A stretch of DNA of 64,000 bases from assembly GCA_951406725.2 (NCBI GenBank), contig OX597841.1, positions 28,334,001 through 28,398,000 of the forward strand. The letters run 5' to 3'. The notes beneath the pieces were generated by a model. That model worked only from the letters and a program-made list of their open reading frames with translations, ran no database searches and had not been told where the DNA came from. The translations under genes and the position numbers were made by a program. Below are positions 38,746 to 52,171 of the stretch, piece after piece. The DNA is from Octopus vulgaris. Lineage: Eukaryota. Position 1 is the stretch's first letter, and every line of letters starts with the position of its first letter.

Positions 38746-40013
38746 TATTAGGTTGTCCATAAAGTTCGTACCGATTTTTAAAGGAAAGAAAAAGGTCAAG
38801 AAATACTTGCCATTACATTTTTCATCAACCAAATATGAACCATTTTGTTGCACAATGTGTCTCCATCTTTCCTTTAACTTCCCAGAATTGAGGTGGTTTC
38901 ATGGCAAACAATCCATCAAGGTATCTTTTTACGTCATCCAAGGTTTACCATTAAGATTATTCTGCAGAGACCTGAATAAGTGGAAATCCGAAGGAGCAAT
39001 ATCTGGTGAATATGGAGGGTGGGGGTAACACATCCCAGCCGAGCTGCAGCAATTTTTGTCTGGTTCCCAAAGCATCAAGTGCTGAAAATGAACTTTCTTA
39101 TCTTCCATTTTAAAGGGTTACAGAATTAACACAGATTATAGGAACACAAACCTTCTTCCACGAAAACATAGCTTAAACTGTGCTCTATGGACTCGACCAT
39201 GTTCTAAAATAAGTCGAAAGGTAAGCTACTATACATCGGCACGAACGTTTTTTACCATTAAGACTATTCTGCAGAGACCTGAATAAGTGGAAATCCAAAG
39301 GAGCAATATCTGGTGAATATGGAGGGTGGGGTAACACATCCCAGCCGAGCTGCAGCAATTTTTGTCTGGTTCCCAAAGCATCAAGTGCTGAAAATGAACT
39401 TTCTTATTTTCCATTTTAAAGGGTTACAGAATTAACACAGGTTATAGGAACACAAACCTTCTTCCATGAAAAGATAGCTTAAACTGTGCTCTAAATAGAG
39501 GTATAGTCAAATCCTATTTTATGAGTCTCCATCTTTCCTTTAACTTGAAAATACCCTCTTCCCAGAATTGAGGGGATTTCATGACAAACAATCCATCAAG
39601 GTATCTTTTTACGTCATCCAAGGAATTGAAATTTTTACCATTAAGACTATTCTGCAGAGACCTGAATAAGTGGAAATCCGAAGGAGCAATATCTGGTGAA
39701 TATGGAGGGTGGGGTAACACATCCCAGCCAAGCTGCAGCAATTTTTGTCTGGTTCCCAAAGCATCAAGTGCCGAAAATGAACTTTCTTATCTTCCATTTT
39801 AAAGGGTTACAGAATTAACACAGGTTATAGGAACACAAACCCTCTTCCATGAAAAGATAGCTTAAACTGTGCTCTAAATGGAGGTGTAGTCAAATCCTAT
39901 TTTATGGACTCAACCATGTTCTAAAATAAGTCAAAAGGTAAGGCTACTATAAATCGGCACAAACTTTCCAGACAACCCAATTTCCAGACAACAAACTTTC
40001 CAGACAACCCAAT
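38746..40013 (-). mobile_element. Internally deleted, rearranged mariner element (three partial tandem copies)
   Basis: TIRs tattaggttgtccataaagttcgtaccgattt and aaatcggcacaaactttccagacaacccaata. Transposase motif GWDVLPHPPYSPDIAPSDFHLFRSLQN lies next to the N-terminal MEDKKVHFRHLML. Confidence 0.9.
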
Positions 40014-41135
40014 ATCTTGAGAGAAAAGCAGAGCTAGATTAAACTGGGCTCTAAATGGAGGTGTTGTCAAATCTATTTTATGGATCAACCATGTTCTAAA
40101 ATAAGTCGAAAGGTAAGCTACTATAAATCGGCACAAACTTTCCAGACAACCCAATATCTTGAGAGAAAAGCAGAGCTAGATTAAACTGGCTCTAAATGGA
40201 GGTGTAGTCAAATCCTATTTTATGGACTCAACCATGTTCTAAAATAAGTCGAAAGGTAAGCTACTTATAAATCAGCACAAACTTTCCAGACAACCCAATA
40301 TCTTGAGAGAAAAGCAGAGCTAGATTAAACTGGGCTCTAAATGGAGGTGTAGTCAAATCCTATTTTATGGACTCAACCATGTTCTAAAATAAGTCGAAAG
40401 GTAAGCTACTATAAATCGGCACAAACTTTCCAGACAACCCAATATCTTGAGAGAAAAGCAGAGCTAGATTAAACTGGGCTCTAAATGGAGGTGTAGTCAA
40501 ATCCTATTTTATGGACTCAACCATGTTCTAAAATAAGTCGAAAGGTAAGCTACTATAAATCGGCACAAACTTTCCAGACAACCCAATATCTTGAGAGAAA
40601 AGCAAGCTAGATTAAACTGTGCTCTAAATGGAGGTGTAGTCAAATCCTATTTTATGGACTCAACCATGTTCTAAAATAAGTCGAAAGGTAAGCTACTATA
40701 AATCGGCACAAACTTTCCAGACAACCCAATATCTTGAGAGAAAAGCAAGCTAGATTAAACTGTGCTCTAAATGGAGGTGTAGTCAAATCCTATTTTATGG
40801 ACTCAACCATGTTCTAAAATAAGTCGAAAGGTAAGCTACTATAAATCGGCACGAACTTTCCAGACAACCCAATATCTTGAGAGAAAAGCAGAGCTAGATT
40901 AAACTGTGCTCTAAATGGAGGTGTAGTCAAATTCTATTTTATGGACTCAAGCATGTTCTAAAATAAGTCGAAAGGTAAGCTACTATAAATCGGCACAAAC
41001 TTTCCAGACAACCCAATATCTTGAGAGAAAAGCAAGCTAGATTAAACTGTGCTCTAAATGGAGGTGTAGTCAAATCCTATTTTATGGACTCAAGCATGTT
41101 CTAAAATAAGTCGAAAGGCAAGCTACTATAAATCG
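40014..41135. repeat. Tandem array of ~143-bp units (about 8), each a mariner terminus plus ~25 bp of flank
   Basis: Repeated ...aaatcggcacaaactttccagacaacccaata|tcttgagagaaaagcagagctagatt... Confidence 0.92.
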
Positions 41136-42878
41136 ACCGAGCTGCAGCAATTTATGTCTGGTTGCCAAAGCATCAAGGGCCGAAAATGAACTTTCTTATC
41201 TTCCATTTTAAAGGGTTACAGAATTAACACAGATTATAGGAACATAAATGATCTCATGACGCTGGACCTTTCAGACAAGAAGACAAGGGATCAAGATGCC
41301 TGGTACTTTGCTGTAGTCAGGAAGACATGTACTTCACAGCAGAAGTGTTCACGCTGCTCCCCCTGGGGAAGAGGATTGACCTGTAGGGGTCGCATGTCGG
41401 TGCCACGTGAAAAGCACTTCTACCAGTGTCACTTAAAAGTGCTCGTGCTGGTGCCACGTTAAGAGCATGCGGCACCGCGCTGTGAAATGGTTGGTGTTAG
41501 GAAGGGCATCCAACTGTAGAAATCATGCCAAATCAGGCGAGCTGGCAGAATCACTAGCATGCCAGGCAAAATTCTTAGCAGCATTTCATCTGCCTTTAAG
41601 TTCTGGGTTCAAATTCCACTGAGGTCGACTTTGCCTTTTATCCTTTCGGGGTCGATTAAATAAGTACCAGTTACGCACTGGGGTCAATGTAATCGACTTA
41701 ATCCGTTTGTCTGCCCTTGTTTGTCCCCTCTATGTTTAGCTCCTTGTGGGCAATAAAGAAATAAGAAACGTTAGCATGCTGGGCGAAATGCTTAGCGGTA
41801 TTTCGTCTGCTGTTATGTTCTGAGTTCAAATTCCGCCGAGGTCAACTTTGCCTTTCATCCTTTTGGGGTGGATTAAATAAGTACCAGTTACGCACTGGGG
41901 TCGATGTAATTGACTTAATCCATTTGTTTGTCCTTGTTGGTCTCCTCTGTGTTTAGCCCCTTGTGGGTAGTAAAGAAATATTATTTCGTCTGCTGTTATG
42001 TTCTGAGTTCAAATTCCGCCGGGGTCGACTTTGCTTTTCATTCTTTCGGGGTCAATTAAATAAGTACCAGTTATGCACTGGGGTCGATGTAATTGACTTA
42101 ATCTCTATGTCTGTTCTTGTTTGTCCCCTCTATGTTTAGCTCCTTGTGGGCAATAAAGAAATAAGAAACGTTAGCATGCTGGGCGAAATGCTTTGCGGTA
42201 TTTCGTCTGTTGTTACATTCTGAGTTCAAATTCCGCCGGGGTTGACTTTGCCTTTCATCCTTTTGGGGTGGATTAAATAAGTGCCAGTTATGCACTGGGG
42301 TCGATGTAATCAACTTAATCCGTCTGTCTGTCCTTATTTGTCCTCTCTGTGTTTAGCCCCTTGTGGGTAGTAAAGAAATAGATATTTCCTCTGCTGTTGT
42401 GTTCTGAGTTCAAATTCCACTGAGGTCGACTTTGCTTTTCACTCTTTCGGGGTCAATTAAATAAGTACCAGTTATGCACTGGGGTTGATGTAATCGACTT
42501 AATCTCTATGTCTGTCCTTGTTTGTCCCCTCTGTGTTTAGCCCACTGTGGACAATACAGAAATAAGAAACCATGCCAAATCAGACTAGAACTTGGTGCAA
42601 CTCTCTTGCTTGCCAGCTCCGGTCAGATCGTCCAACCCATGCCAGCATGGACAATGGACAATGACGATGATGATGATGATGATGACGATAATGATACATA
42701 CATACACCCATACACATGTACTATTTTATTGAAGTTGAAAAATATCTTCACAAACTGTGACTCAGGTTTACCTGACTATTCATCAGGTCGTTATGAGGAC
42801 CATCTAATTAGCTAGTTTTACAGACAGACACACACACACACACACATATATATATCGGACGTTAAACGATGATGATGA

Positions 42879-42941
<63 letters not shown>

Positions 42942-43024
42942 TGCATATAGATAACCAGTTAATTAGATGGCTTTATAGATAGACACACACAAATTGTTAG
43001 AAAGATACTTCACCGAAGATATAA

Positions 43025-43127
43025 AGACAGACAGACCGATAGATAGATAGATAGATAGAGAGATAGATAGATAGATAGATAGACATACAGACAGACAGAC
43101 AGATAGATAGATAAGTAGGTAGGTAGG

Positions 43128-43183
<56 letters not shown>

Positions 43184-43207
43184 TAGATAGATAAGTAGGT
43201 AGGTAGG

Positions 43208-43259
<52 letters not shown>

Positions 43260-43283
43260 TAGATAGATAAGTAGGTAGGTAGG

Positions 43284-43351
<68 letters not shown>

Positions 43352-43383
43352 TAGGTAGGTAGGTAGGTAGGTAGGTAGGTAGG

Positions 43384-43419
<36 letters not shown>

Positions 43420-43459
43420 CAGAGAGAGAGAGAGGTAGGTAGGTAGGTAGGTAGGTAGA

Positions 43460-43547
<88 letters not shown>

Positions 43548-43680
43548 TAGATAGATAGAGAGAGAGAGAGAAAGAGAGAGAGATAGGTAGGTAGGTAGGT
43601 AGATAGATAGATAGATAGATAGATAGATCTAACAATCTCTCTCTCTCTCTCTCTCTCTCCCTCTCTCTATCTATCTATCT
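43025..43680. repeat. (GATA)/(GACA)/(GGTA) tetranucleotide tract just upstream of the Rictor start
   Basis: Seen directly. Confidence 0.95.
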
Positions 43681-43822
43681 TCCTCGTCATCCAACTCTAT
43701 CTCGCTTGTTTGCGAGTTAGCCTAGACTATCTACCTGAATGTCTTTGACACGGATCAAGCGAAGAGATAACGCGGAGGAAATAATTGCTGGCGTCATATT
43801 GTCATTGAGCACCGTTAGTAAT
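43680..43822 (+). promoter_or_regulatory. Probable Rictor promoter/5' UTR (CpG-rich unique DNA)
   Basis: Non-repetitive CpG-enriched stretch before the ATG. aatATGGCGGC over the start resembles a YY1 site. Confidence 0.45.
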
Positions 43823-43880
43823 ATGGCGGCCTTTGCGGTACGCCACCCAAGTCGAGCTTTGAAAAACGGCAGGCTACGAG
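43823..43880 (+). CDS. RICTOR: Rictor coding exon 1 (MAAFAVRHPSRALKNGRLR)
   Basis: ATG in a CpG-rich region and G|gtaata donor (phase 1). Resembles the vertebrate N-terminus MAA...RSLKNLRVRG. Confidence 0.85.
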
Positions 43881-45135
43881 GTAATACCATCTCTTCACAC
43901 CATTTTCCTAATACTGTAGTTTCATTTACACATGCTTACGTCTATTTACGTTGTTCTTGTGTGTCTTCCACGCCCCTACGCTGCTTTAAATCCATGCTTA
44001 ATTAGATAGATGCTATTAAAATCCTATCTTGAAAATATGGTCCGTGTTTGTGAGACGTCGTAATATTGCGTGTGAGTGTATATATACACACATATACACC
44101 TATATATGTGTGTATATATGTATGTTAGTCCTTGTTTCTTATTCTGCTGTTTGTTTACTTACGACCCGTGTACTCTATCTTACACGCAAGCGCTCTATTT
44201 ATAATAATAATAGAGCAGGTTCTTTTTTTTTTATCTTGAGTTCAAAATATTATTAGGGTCGATTGTACTTCTCAGGCCTTCCGGGGTCGAATTGATAAAG
44301 TACTGGTGGGTGGGGGTTGAGGGAGTCGATTTAATCGACTGTGCCTCGATAATCCGTGGTGCTGTGTCAGTGTAAGAAATCGTTATTAATTAGTTATTTT
44401 ATTTAATTAATCGATTTGAGCGAGCACGCCCGTTTTACGTTCCGTGTTCAAATCGTCTGAAGGAGACGACTTTGCTTTACATCCTTCTGGGGTCGATAAA
44501 TTAAGTCCTAGTTAATAACTGAGGTGACATGATGGTAGTGGTGGTGGTGGTGGTGGTGTCTTAATTGACTGCGTCCCTTCCCCGCCTATCGAAATCCGTT
44601 ACCTTGTGACTTTTACTTTTCGGAATCATAATAAAACTCTCTAACATTGGCACAAGGCCAATAATAATTATTGTTGTGTCGGATAAAGTGCCTTGCAGTA
44701 TTTGTTACTGCTCTTTACGTTCTGAGTTCAAATCCCGCCGATGTCAGCTTTACCTTTCATCGTTTTGGGGTCGATGAAATAAAGTACCGGTTGAATACTA
44801 GGGCCGATGTAACCTACTGACCTTCCTCCCATTATTGCTAGCTTCGTGTCTAAATTAGCAACAACAACAATAATATTAGTTTCAAATTTTAACACAAGGC
44901 CAGCAATTTCGGGGGACTCGCTTGCATCAACCCCCATTATTCAACTGGTACTTGTTTTCTCGTCCCTGAAAGAATGAAAGGCAAAGTCGACTATAGGCAC
45001 AAGGCCCGAAATTTTTTGAGGGGGGAGGCGATTAGTCGATTACATCGACCCCAGGGTTTCACTGGTGGTTAAGGACAGACAAACGGATTAGGTCGATTAT
45101 CTCGACCCCAATGCATAACTGGTACTTATTTAATC

Positions 45136-45368
45136 AAGGCAGCGAGCTGGCAGAAACGTTAGCATGCCGGGCGAAATGCGTAGCCGTATTTCGTCTGCCG
45201 TTACGTTCTGAGTTCAAATTCCGCCGAGGTCGACTTTGCCTTTCATCCTTTCGGGGTCGATAAATTAAGTACCAGTTACGCACTGGGGCCGATGTAATCG
45301 ACTTAGTCCGTTTGTCTGTCCTTGTTTGTCCCCTCTGTGTTTAGCCCCTTGTGCGTAGTAAAGAAATA
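45136..45368 (+). mobile_element. SINE family B nested in an antisense SINE B with a 15-bp TSD
   Basis: TSD ggtacttatttaatc at 45121 and 45369. Confidence 0.85.
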
Positions 45369-46815
45369 GGTACTTATTTAATCGAGCCCGAAAGGATGAA
45401 AGGCAAAGTTGACCCTGGCAGAATTTGAACTCGGAACATAGCGGCAGACGAAATGCTGCTAAGCATTTTGCCCTGCGTGCTAATGAATCTTCTAACTTGA
45501 CACCTTAATAATAATAATAATAATAATAATAATCTTTTCTACAATTGGCAGAAGGCTTGAGATTTTGGGGGAGGGGACTTGTTGATTACACCAACTCCAG
45601 TGCATAACTGGTACTTGTTTCATTGACCCTGAAATGAGGAAAGGCAAAATACCACATACTTTATATATTCTTTCATTCTTTTACGTGTTTCAGTCATTTG
45701 ACTGTGGCCATGCTGGAGCACCGCCTTTAGTCAAACAAATCGACCCCAGGACTTATTCTTTGGAAGCCTAGTACTTATTCTATCGGTTTCTTTTTGCCAA
45801 ACCGCTAGGTTATGGGGACGTGAAAACACCAACATCGGTTGTGAAGCAATGTTGGGGAAACAGGGTCAGACAAACATACACACACATACATATATATGAC
45901 GGGCATTGTAGGTAGGTATGAGAGACTAGATCTGGCTATTTTGAACATAAAACATGTAGAATATTCGGGCTGGTTTAAATGCTAAAAGTTTAAGGCTATG
46001 GGCTGGCAGAAATATTACGGTACTGGACAAGATACTGAGTGGTATTTCCTCCAATAAGGTGGCAAGCTGGCAGAATCGTTAGCACGCTGGGTGAAATGCT
46101 TAGTGGTATTTCGTCTGCCGTTATGTTCTGAGTTCAAATTCTGCCGAGGTCGACTTTGCTTTTCATCCTTTCGGGGTCAATAAATTAAGTATCAGTTACA
46201 CACTGGGGTCGATGTAATCGACTTAATACCTATGTCTGTCCTTGTTTGTACCCTCTGTGTTTAGCCCCTTGTGGGTAGTAAAGAAATAGGTATTTCGTCT
46301 GCCGCTACGTTCTGAGTTCAAATTCCGCCGAGGTTGACTTTGCCTTTCATCCTTTCGGGGTCAATTAAATAAGTATCAGATACGCACTGAGGTTGATGTA
46401 ATCGACTTAATCCGTCTTTCTGTCTTTGTTTGGCCCCTCTGTGTGTAGCCCCTTGTGGGTAGTAAAGAAATAGGTATTTCGTCTGCCGCTACGTTCTGAG
46501 TTCAAATTCCGCTGAGGCCGACTTTGCCTTTCGTCCTTTCGGGGTCGATAAATTAAGTGCCAGTTACGCACTGGGGTCGATGTAATCGACTGAATCCGGT
46601 TGACTTTGCTTTTCATCCTTTCAGGGTCAATAAGATACATACCAGTCTCGAGCACTGGGGTCTATGTAATCAGCTGAGCCTTTCCCCCAAAATTGCTGGC
46701 TTGGTGTCAAAATTATACACACACATATATATATATATATACATATATATATATGATGGGACTGAACCTGCAACCGTGTGGTTGGAAATCAAGCTAATTA
46801 CACACCCATTCCTAC

Positions 46816-46950
<135 letters not shown>

Positions 46951-47061
46951 TTATATATGTATTTATATATCTATATATATATATATATGTGATCTCTTAA
47001 GCACCACCAGCTCAAATATTTTTTCCTCTGTCTTCCCTTCTTGGGATCTTTCCTTCTCCTT

Positions 47062-47096
47062 GTTTCCGACGAAGAGCTCCGCTCGAAACGTTAAAC
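47062..47096 (+). ncRNA. Minimal (Penelope-type) hammerhead-like motif
   Basis: gttt CCGACGA a gagc-tcc-gctc GAAA cg TT aaac. Palindromic AACGTT in place of stem III. Confidence 0.45.
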
Positions 47097-47887
47097 CCTC
47101 CTTCCCTTCTTTCCTGAGCGTCAATAATACTTTAATTGTTCCACGTCCTGCGTTGCTGTGTTTTTTTTCTCTTTTTTTCTGTGTGTTTTCTTGTTTGGAT
47201 TAACTTTATATAGATATATATATATATATTTGTGTGTCTATATATGTATGAATATCTGTTTGTCCCTCCTTTTCTCTTGATATGTCATAGATGTAAATGT
47301 GGGCTAACATTATGCAAAATACCCATTGGCATTTCGTCAAATTCCACTGACGTCGACTTTGCCTTTCGTCCTTTTGGGGTCAGTAAAATAAGTACCAGTT
47401 ATGTACTGGGGTTGATGGTAATCGGCTTATCCCATTCCTTGAAATTGCTGGCCTTGTGACAAAATTTGAAATTCTTGCCAGCCTTGCCTGGCCTCCGTGC
47501 CAGTGGCACATAAAATGCACCATCCGATCGTGGCTGTTTGCCAGCCTCGTCTGGCATCTGTGTCGATGGCACGTAAAAAGCACCCAACACTCACGGAGTG
47601 GTTGGTGTTAGGAAGGGCATCCAGCTGTAGAAACACCGCCAGATCAGACTGGAGTCTGGTGCAGCCTTCTGGTTTCCCAGACCCCAGTTGAACCGTCCAA
47701 CCCATGCTAGCATGGAAAACGGATGTTAAACGACGACGACGATGATGATGATCCCTACTTTTGTTGAAACCCACTGCATTTGTTTCAACTGATTTCAAAG
47801 CTCATAAAGCTCATAGAGAATCTAGTAAGCTGACTGTTATTGTCAAACTGAACGTGGCCATTGCCAGCGCCGCCCCGACTGGCCTCC

Positions 47888-48540
47888 ATGCCGGTGGCAC
47901 GTAAAAAGCACTATCTGAGTGTGGCCGTTCACCAGCCTCGTCTGGCACCTGTGCCGGTGGCACGTAAAAAGCACCATCCGAGTGTGGCCGTTCACCAGCC
48001 TCGTCTGGCACCTGTGCTGGTGGCACGTAAAAAGCACCATCCGAGTGTGGCCGTTCACCAGCCTCGTCTGGCACCTGTGCTGGTGGCACGTAAAAAGCAC
48101 CATCCGAGTGTGGCCGTTCACCAGCCTCGTCTGGCACCTGTGCTGGTGGCACGTAAAAAGCACCATCCGAGTGTGGCCGTTCACCAGCCTCGTCTGGCAC
48201 CTGTGCCGGTGGCACGTAAAAAGCACCATCCGAGTGTGGCCGTTCACCAGCCTCGTCTGGCACCTGTGCCGGTGGCACGTAAAAAGCACCATCCGAGTGT
48301 GGCCGTTCACCAGCCGCGTCTGGCACCTGTGCCGGTGGCACGTAAAAAGCACCATCCGAGTGTGGCCGTTCACCAGCCTCGTCTGGCACCTGTGCCGGTG
48401 GCACGTAAAAAGCACCATCCGAGTGTGGCCGTTCACCAGCCTCGTCTGGCACCTGTGCCGGTGGCACGTAAAAGCACCATCCGAGTGTGGCCGTTCACCA
48501 GCCTCGTCTGGCACCTGTGCCGGTGGCACGTAAAAAGCAC
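47888..48540. repeat. 60-bp VNTR (about 11 units) within the RTE-type 3' UTR
   Basis: gtgccggtggcacgtaaaaagcaccatccgagtgtggccgttcaccagcctcgtctggcacct repeated. Confidence 0.95.
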
Positions 48541-49439
48541 CCACTACACTCACGGAGTGGTTGGTGTTAGGAAGGGCATCCAGCTGTAGAAACACTGCCA
48601 GATCAGACTGGGCCTGGTGCAGCCTTCTGGCTTCCCAGACCCCAGTTGAACTGTCCAACCCATGCTAGCATGGAGAGCGGACGTTAAATGATGATGATGA
48701 TGATCCCTACTTTTGTTGAAACCCACTGCATTTGTTTCAACTGATTTTAAAGCTCATAGAGAATCTAGTAAGCTGAATTTTATTGTCAAACTGAACGTGA
48801 CCATTGCCAGCGCCGCCCCGACTGGCCTCCATGCCGGTGGCACGTAAAAAGCACCATCCGAGTGTGGCCGTTCACCAGCTTCGTCTGGCACCTGTGCCGG
48901 TGGCACGTAAAAAGCACCATCTGAGTGTGGCCGTTCACCAGCCTCATCTGGCACCTGTGCCGGTGGCACATAAAAAGCACCATCCGAGTGTGGCTGTTCA
49001 CCAGCCTCGTCTGGCACCTGTGCTGGTGGCACATAAAAAGCACCATCCGAGTGTGGCCGTTCGCCAGCCTCGTCTGGCACCTGTACCGGTGGCATGTAAA
49101 ATACACCCACTACACTCTCGGAGTGGTTGGCGTTAGGAAGGGCATCCAGCTGTAGAAACACTGCCAGATCAGACTGGAGCCTGGTGCAGCCTTCGGGCTT
49201 CCCAGACCCCGGTTGAACCGTCCAACCCATGCCAGCATGGAAATACACCCACTACACTCATGGAGTGGTTGGCGTTAGGAAGGGCATCCAGCTGTAGAAA
49301 CACTGCCAGATCAAGACTGGAGCCTGGTGCAGCCATCTGGCTTCCCAGACCCCAGTTGAACCGTCCAACCCATGCTAGCATGGAAAGCGGACGTTAAACG
49401 ATGACGATGATGATGATGATTATTATTTCTATCTTGCAG

Positions 49440-49487
49440 GTCGCCATGAAAGCGGCGAAGAAAATATTCGACTAGACTTATCCCGAG
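49440..49487 (+). CDS. RICTOR: Rictor coding exon 2 (GRHESGEENIRLDLSR)
   Basis: ttgcag acceptor and G|gtcagt donor, 48 nt. Matches GRNDSGEENVPLDLTR of vertebrate Rictor. Confidence 0.93.
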
Positions 49488-51168
49488 GTCAGTATATTTC
49501 CATTACTCTCTGTCCGCCCCTTGCCCATCTCTATATTTTTGGCCCCTTGTACTTCACTCATTCAAAATATCACCCATCCCCCCCCCAACACTCCTGAGCC
49601 AACCAAGGAGACCTCTACATGGTTGCTCAACCTGCTAGAAACAGCAGCCAATTCTCCCTCAGGTCACACCCTGATGTATGTTTATTGGTGAGTATGAACT
49701 AACAACGGCTGCCCCTGAATGGTAGCCGGAGCTGTTGGAAGAAATAGCAGCCAAATCTCCATCAAATTGCACCCTGCTGCCTTATATTGTTGCATCTTCT
49801 GCTCTTCTCTCCTATTCTGTCTCATATTTACCTTGTACCTGGACCTCACACCACCTTCTGTCTCTCTGTCTGTCAGCCTGTCTCTCTCTTTATGAGTTGC
49901 CAAGCCATGTAGTGACCCCTTCAGCGAGACACCTGCTCCTCTCACTCTATCATAATTTCTTATTCTTTTACTTTCTTTCTTTTACTTGTTCCAGTCATTT
50001 GACTGCGGCCATGCTGGAGCACCGCCTTTTAGTCGAGCAAATCGAACCCGGGACTTATTCTTTGTAAGCCCAGTACTTAATCTATCGGTCTCTTTTGCCG
50101 AACCGCTAAGTTACGGGGACGTAAACACACCAGCATCGGTTGTCAAGCAATGCTAGGGGGACAAACACAGCAGACACACAAACACACACATACATACATA
50201 CATATATATATATACATATATACGACAGGCTTCTTTCAGTTTCCGTCTACCAAATCCACTCACAAGGCATTGGTCGGCCCGGGGCTATAGTTGAAGACAC
50301 TTGCCCAAGATGCCACGCAGTGGGACTGAACCCGGGACCATGTGGTTGGTTAGCAAGCTACTTACCACACAGCCACTCCTATATACATATATACGACAGG
50401 CTTCTTTCAGTTTCCGTCTACCAAATCCACTCACAAGGCTTTGGTCGGCCCGGGGCTATAGCAGAAGACACTTGCCCAAGATGCCACGCAGTGGGACTGA
50501 ACCCGGGACCATGTGGTTGGTTAGCAAGCTACTTACCACACAGCCACTCCTACGCCTATCTCTCCATTCTATGCCTCGCTTACTTGAGGTGGGTGGGGTC
50601 CTCATCTTGTGGGTACTTGGTGACCTCACCAGTGCTGGTGCCTGGCAAAAAGCACCCAGTAAAGGGAATCCAGTCATAAAGACCCTGCCAAAGCAGACAC
50701 AGAATCTGGTTGAACTTTGTAGGTTGTCTGTTTTTGTCAAACTGTCCAACCCATGCCAGCATGGCAAAGAGGATGTTAAATGATGATGATGATTGTGCCG
50801 GTGGCACGTAAAAAGCACCAATCGAGCGTGATTGTTACCAGCGCCGCCTTACTGGCACGTGAAAAAACATTCGAGCGAGGTTGTTGCCAGTGCCGCTGGA
50901 CTGGCTCCTGTACAGGTGGCACGTAAAAAACACCATCTGAGCGCGGCCGTTGCCAGTACCACCTGAATGGCCCTCATGCCAGTGGCACATAAAAGTACCC
51001 ACTACACTCTTGGAGTGGTTGGCGTTATGAAGGGCATCCAGCTGTAGAAACTCTGCCAGATCAAGACTGGAGCCTGGTGCAGCCATCTGGTTCGCCAGAC
51101 CTCAGTCAATTTGTCCAACCCATGCTAGCATGGAAAGCGGATGTTAAACGATGATGATGATATATGTA

Positions 51169-51228
<60 letters not shown>

Positions 51229-52011
51229 TACATTTATATGAAAAGCACCAACCAGTCATAGCCGATGCCAATACTTCATGACTAGCTCTTGTGCTGGTGG
51301 CATGTAAAAAGCACCATCTGAACATGATCGAAGCCAGACCTGCTTGACTGGCATTTGTGCCAGTGGTATGTAAAACGCACCCACGACACTCTCGGAGTGG
51401 TTGGCGTTAAGAAGGGCATCCGGCTGTAGAAACTGTCATATTAGATTGGAGCCTGGTGCAGCCATCTGGTTTGCCAGACCCCAATTAAACCGTCCAACCC
51501 ATGCTAGCATCGAAAGCAGACGTTAAACGATGATGATGATGATATATATATACACACACACATACATTTATATAAAAAGCACCATCCGAACGTGATCAAA
51601 GCCAGATCTGCTTGATTGGCACCTGTGAAGGTGGCGCATAAAAAGCACCCACTACACTCTTGGAGTGGTTGGCGTTAGGAAGGGCATCCAGCTGTAGAAA
51701 TTCTGCCAGATCAGATTGGAGCCTGGTGCAGCCATCAGGTTCACCAGACCTCAGTCAAATTGTCTAACCCATGCCGGCATGGAAAGCGGACCTTAAACGA
51801 TGATGATGATGATGATGATGATGATATATATCATCTTCATCATTTAACGTCTGTTTTCCATGCTGGCATGGGTTGGACGGTTTGACTGTAACTGGTAAAT
51901 CAGAGGGCTGCACCAATGCAGTGCACCCCGCTCTCTCTCTCTCTCTCTCTCCTTAAACCTCAGTACTCAATCCCCACTAAACCTTACCCCTTCTCACCTT
52001 CTCTTTAACAG

Positions 52012-52171
52012 CCCCATCTGAGAATGTTAAGGAGGTTCTCAGCAATGTTGTCTGTCAGAACGGGATATCCAAGAATAAAAAACTTGGCTACCTCAACTTC
52101 TTTGTCAAGTTACTCAACAAACTTGGCCCATCGAAGAACCTTGGCTACACCATGGAAGAGATCCTTTGCTG
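52012..52171 (+). CDS. RICTOR: Rictor coding exon 3 (APSENVKEVLSNVVCQNGISKNKKLGYLNFFVKLLNKLGPSKNLGYTMEEILC)
   Basis: aacag acceptor and TG|gtaagt donor, 160 nt, phases 1-2. Aligns with PSDNLREILQNV...RKLGHLNNFTKLL. Confidence 0.93.

Noticed and set aside
47811-48658. Repetitive 200-270-aa ORFs on both strands (also 35018-35700 and 7881-8466)
   Set aside because: A stop-free 60-bp VNTR is open in several frames, with no splice or homology support.
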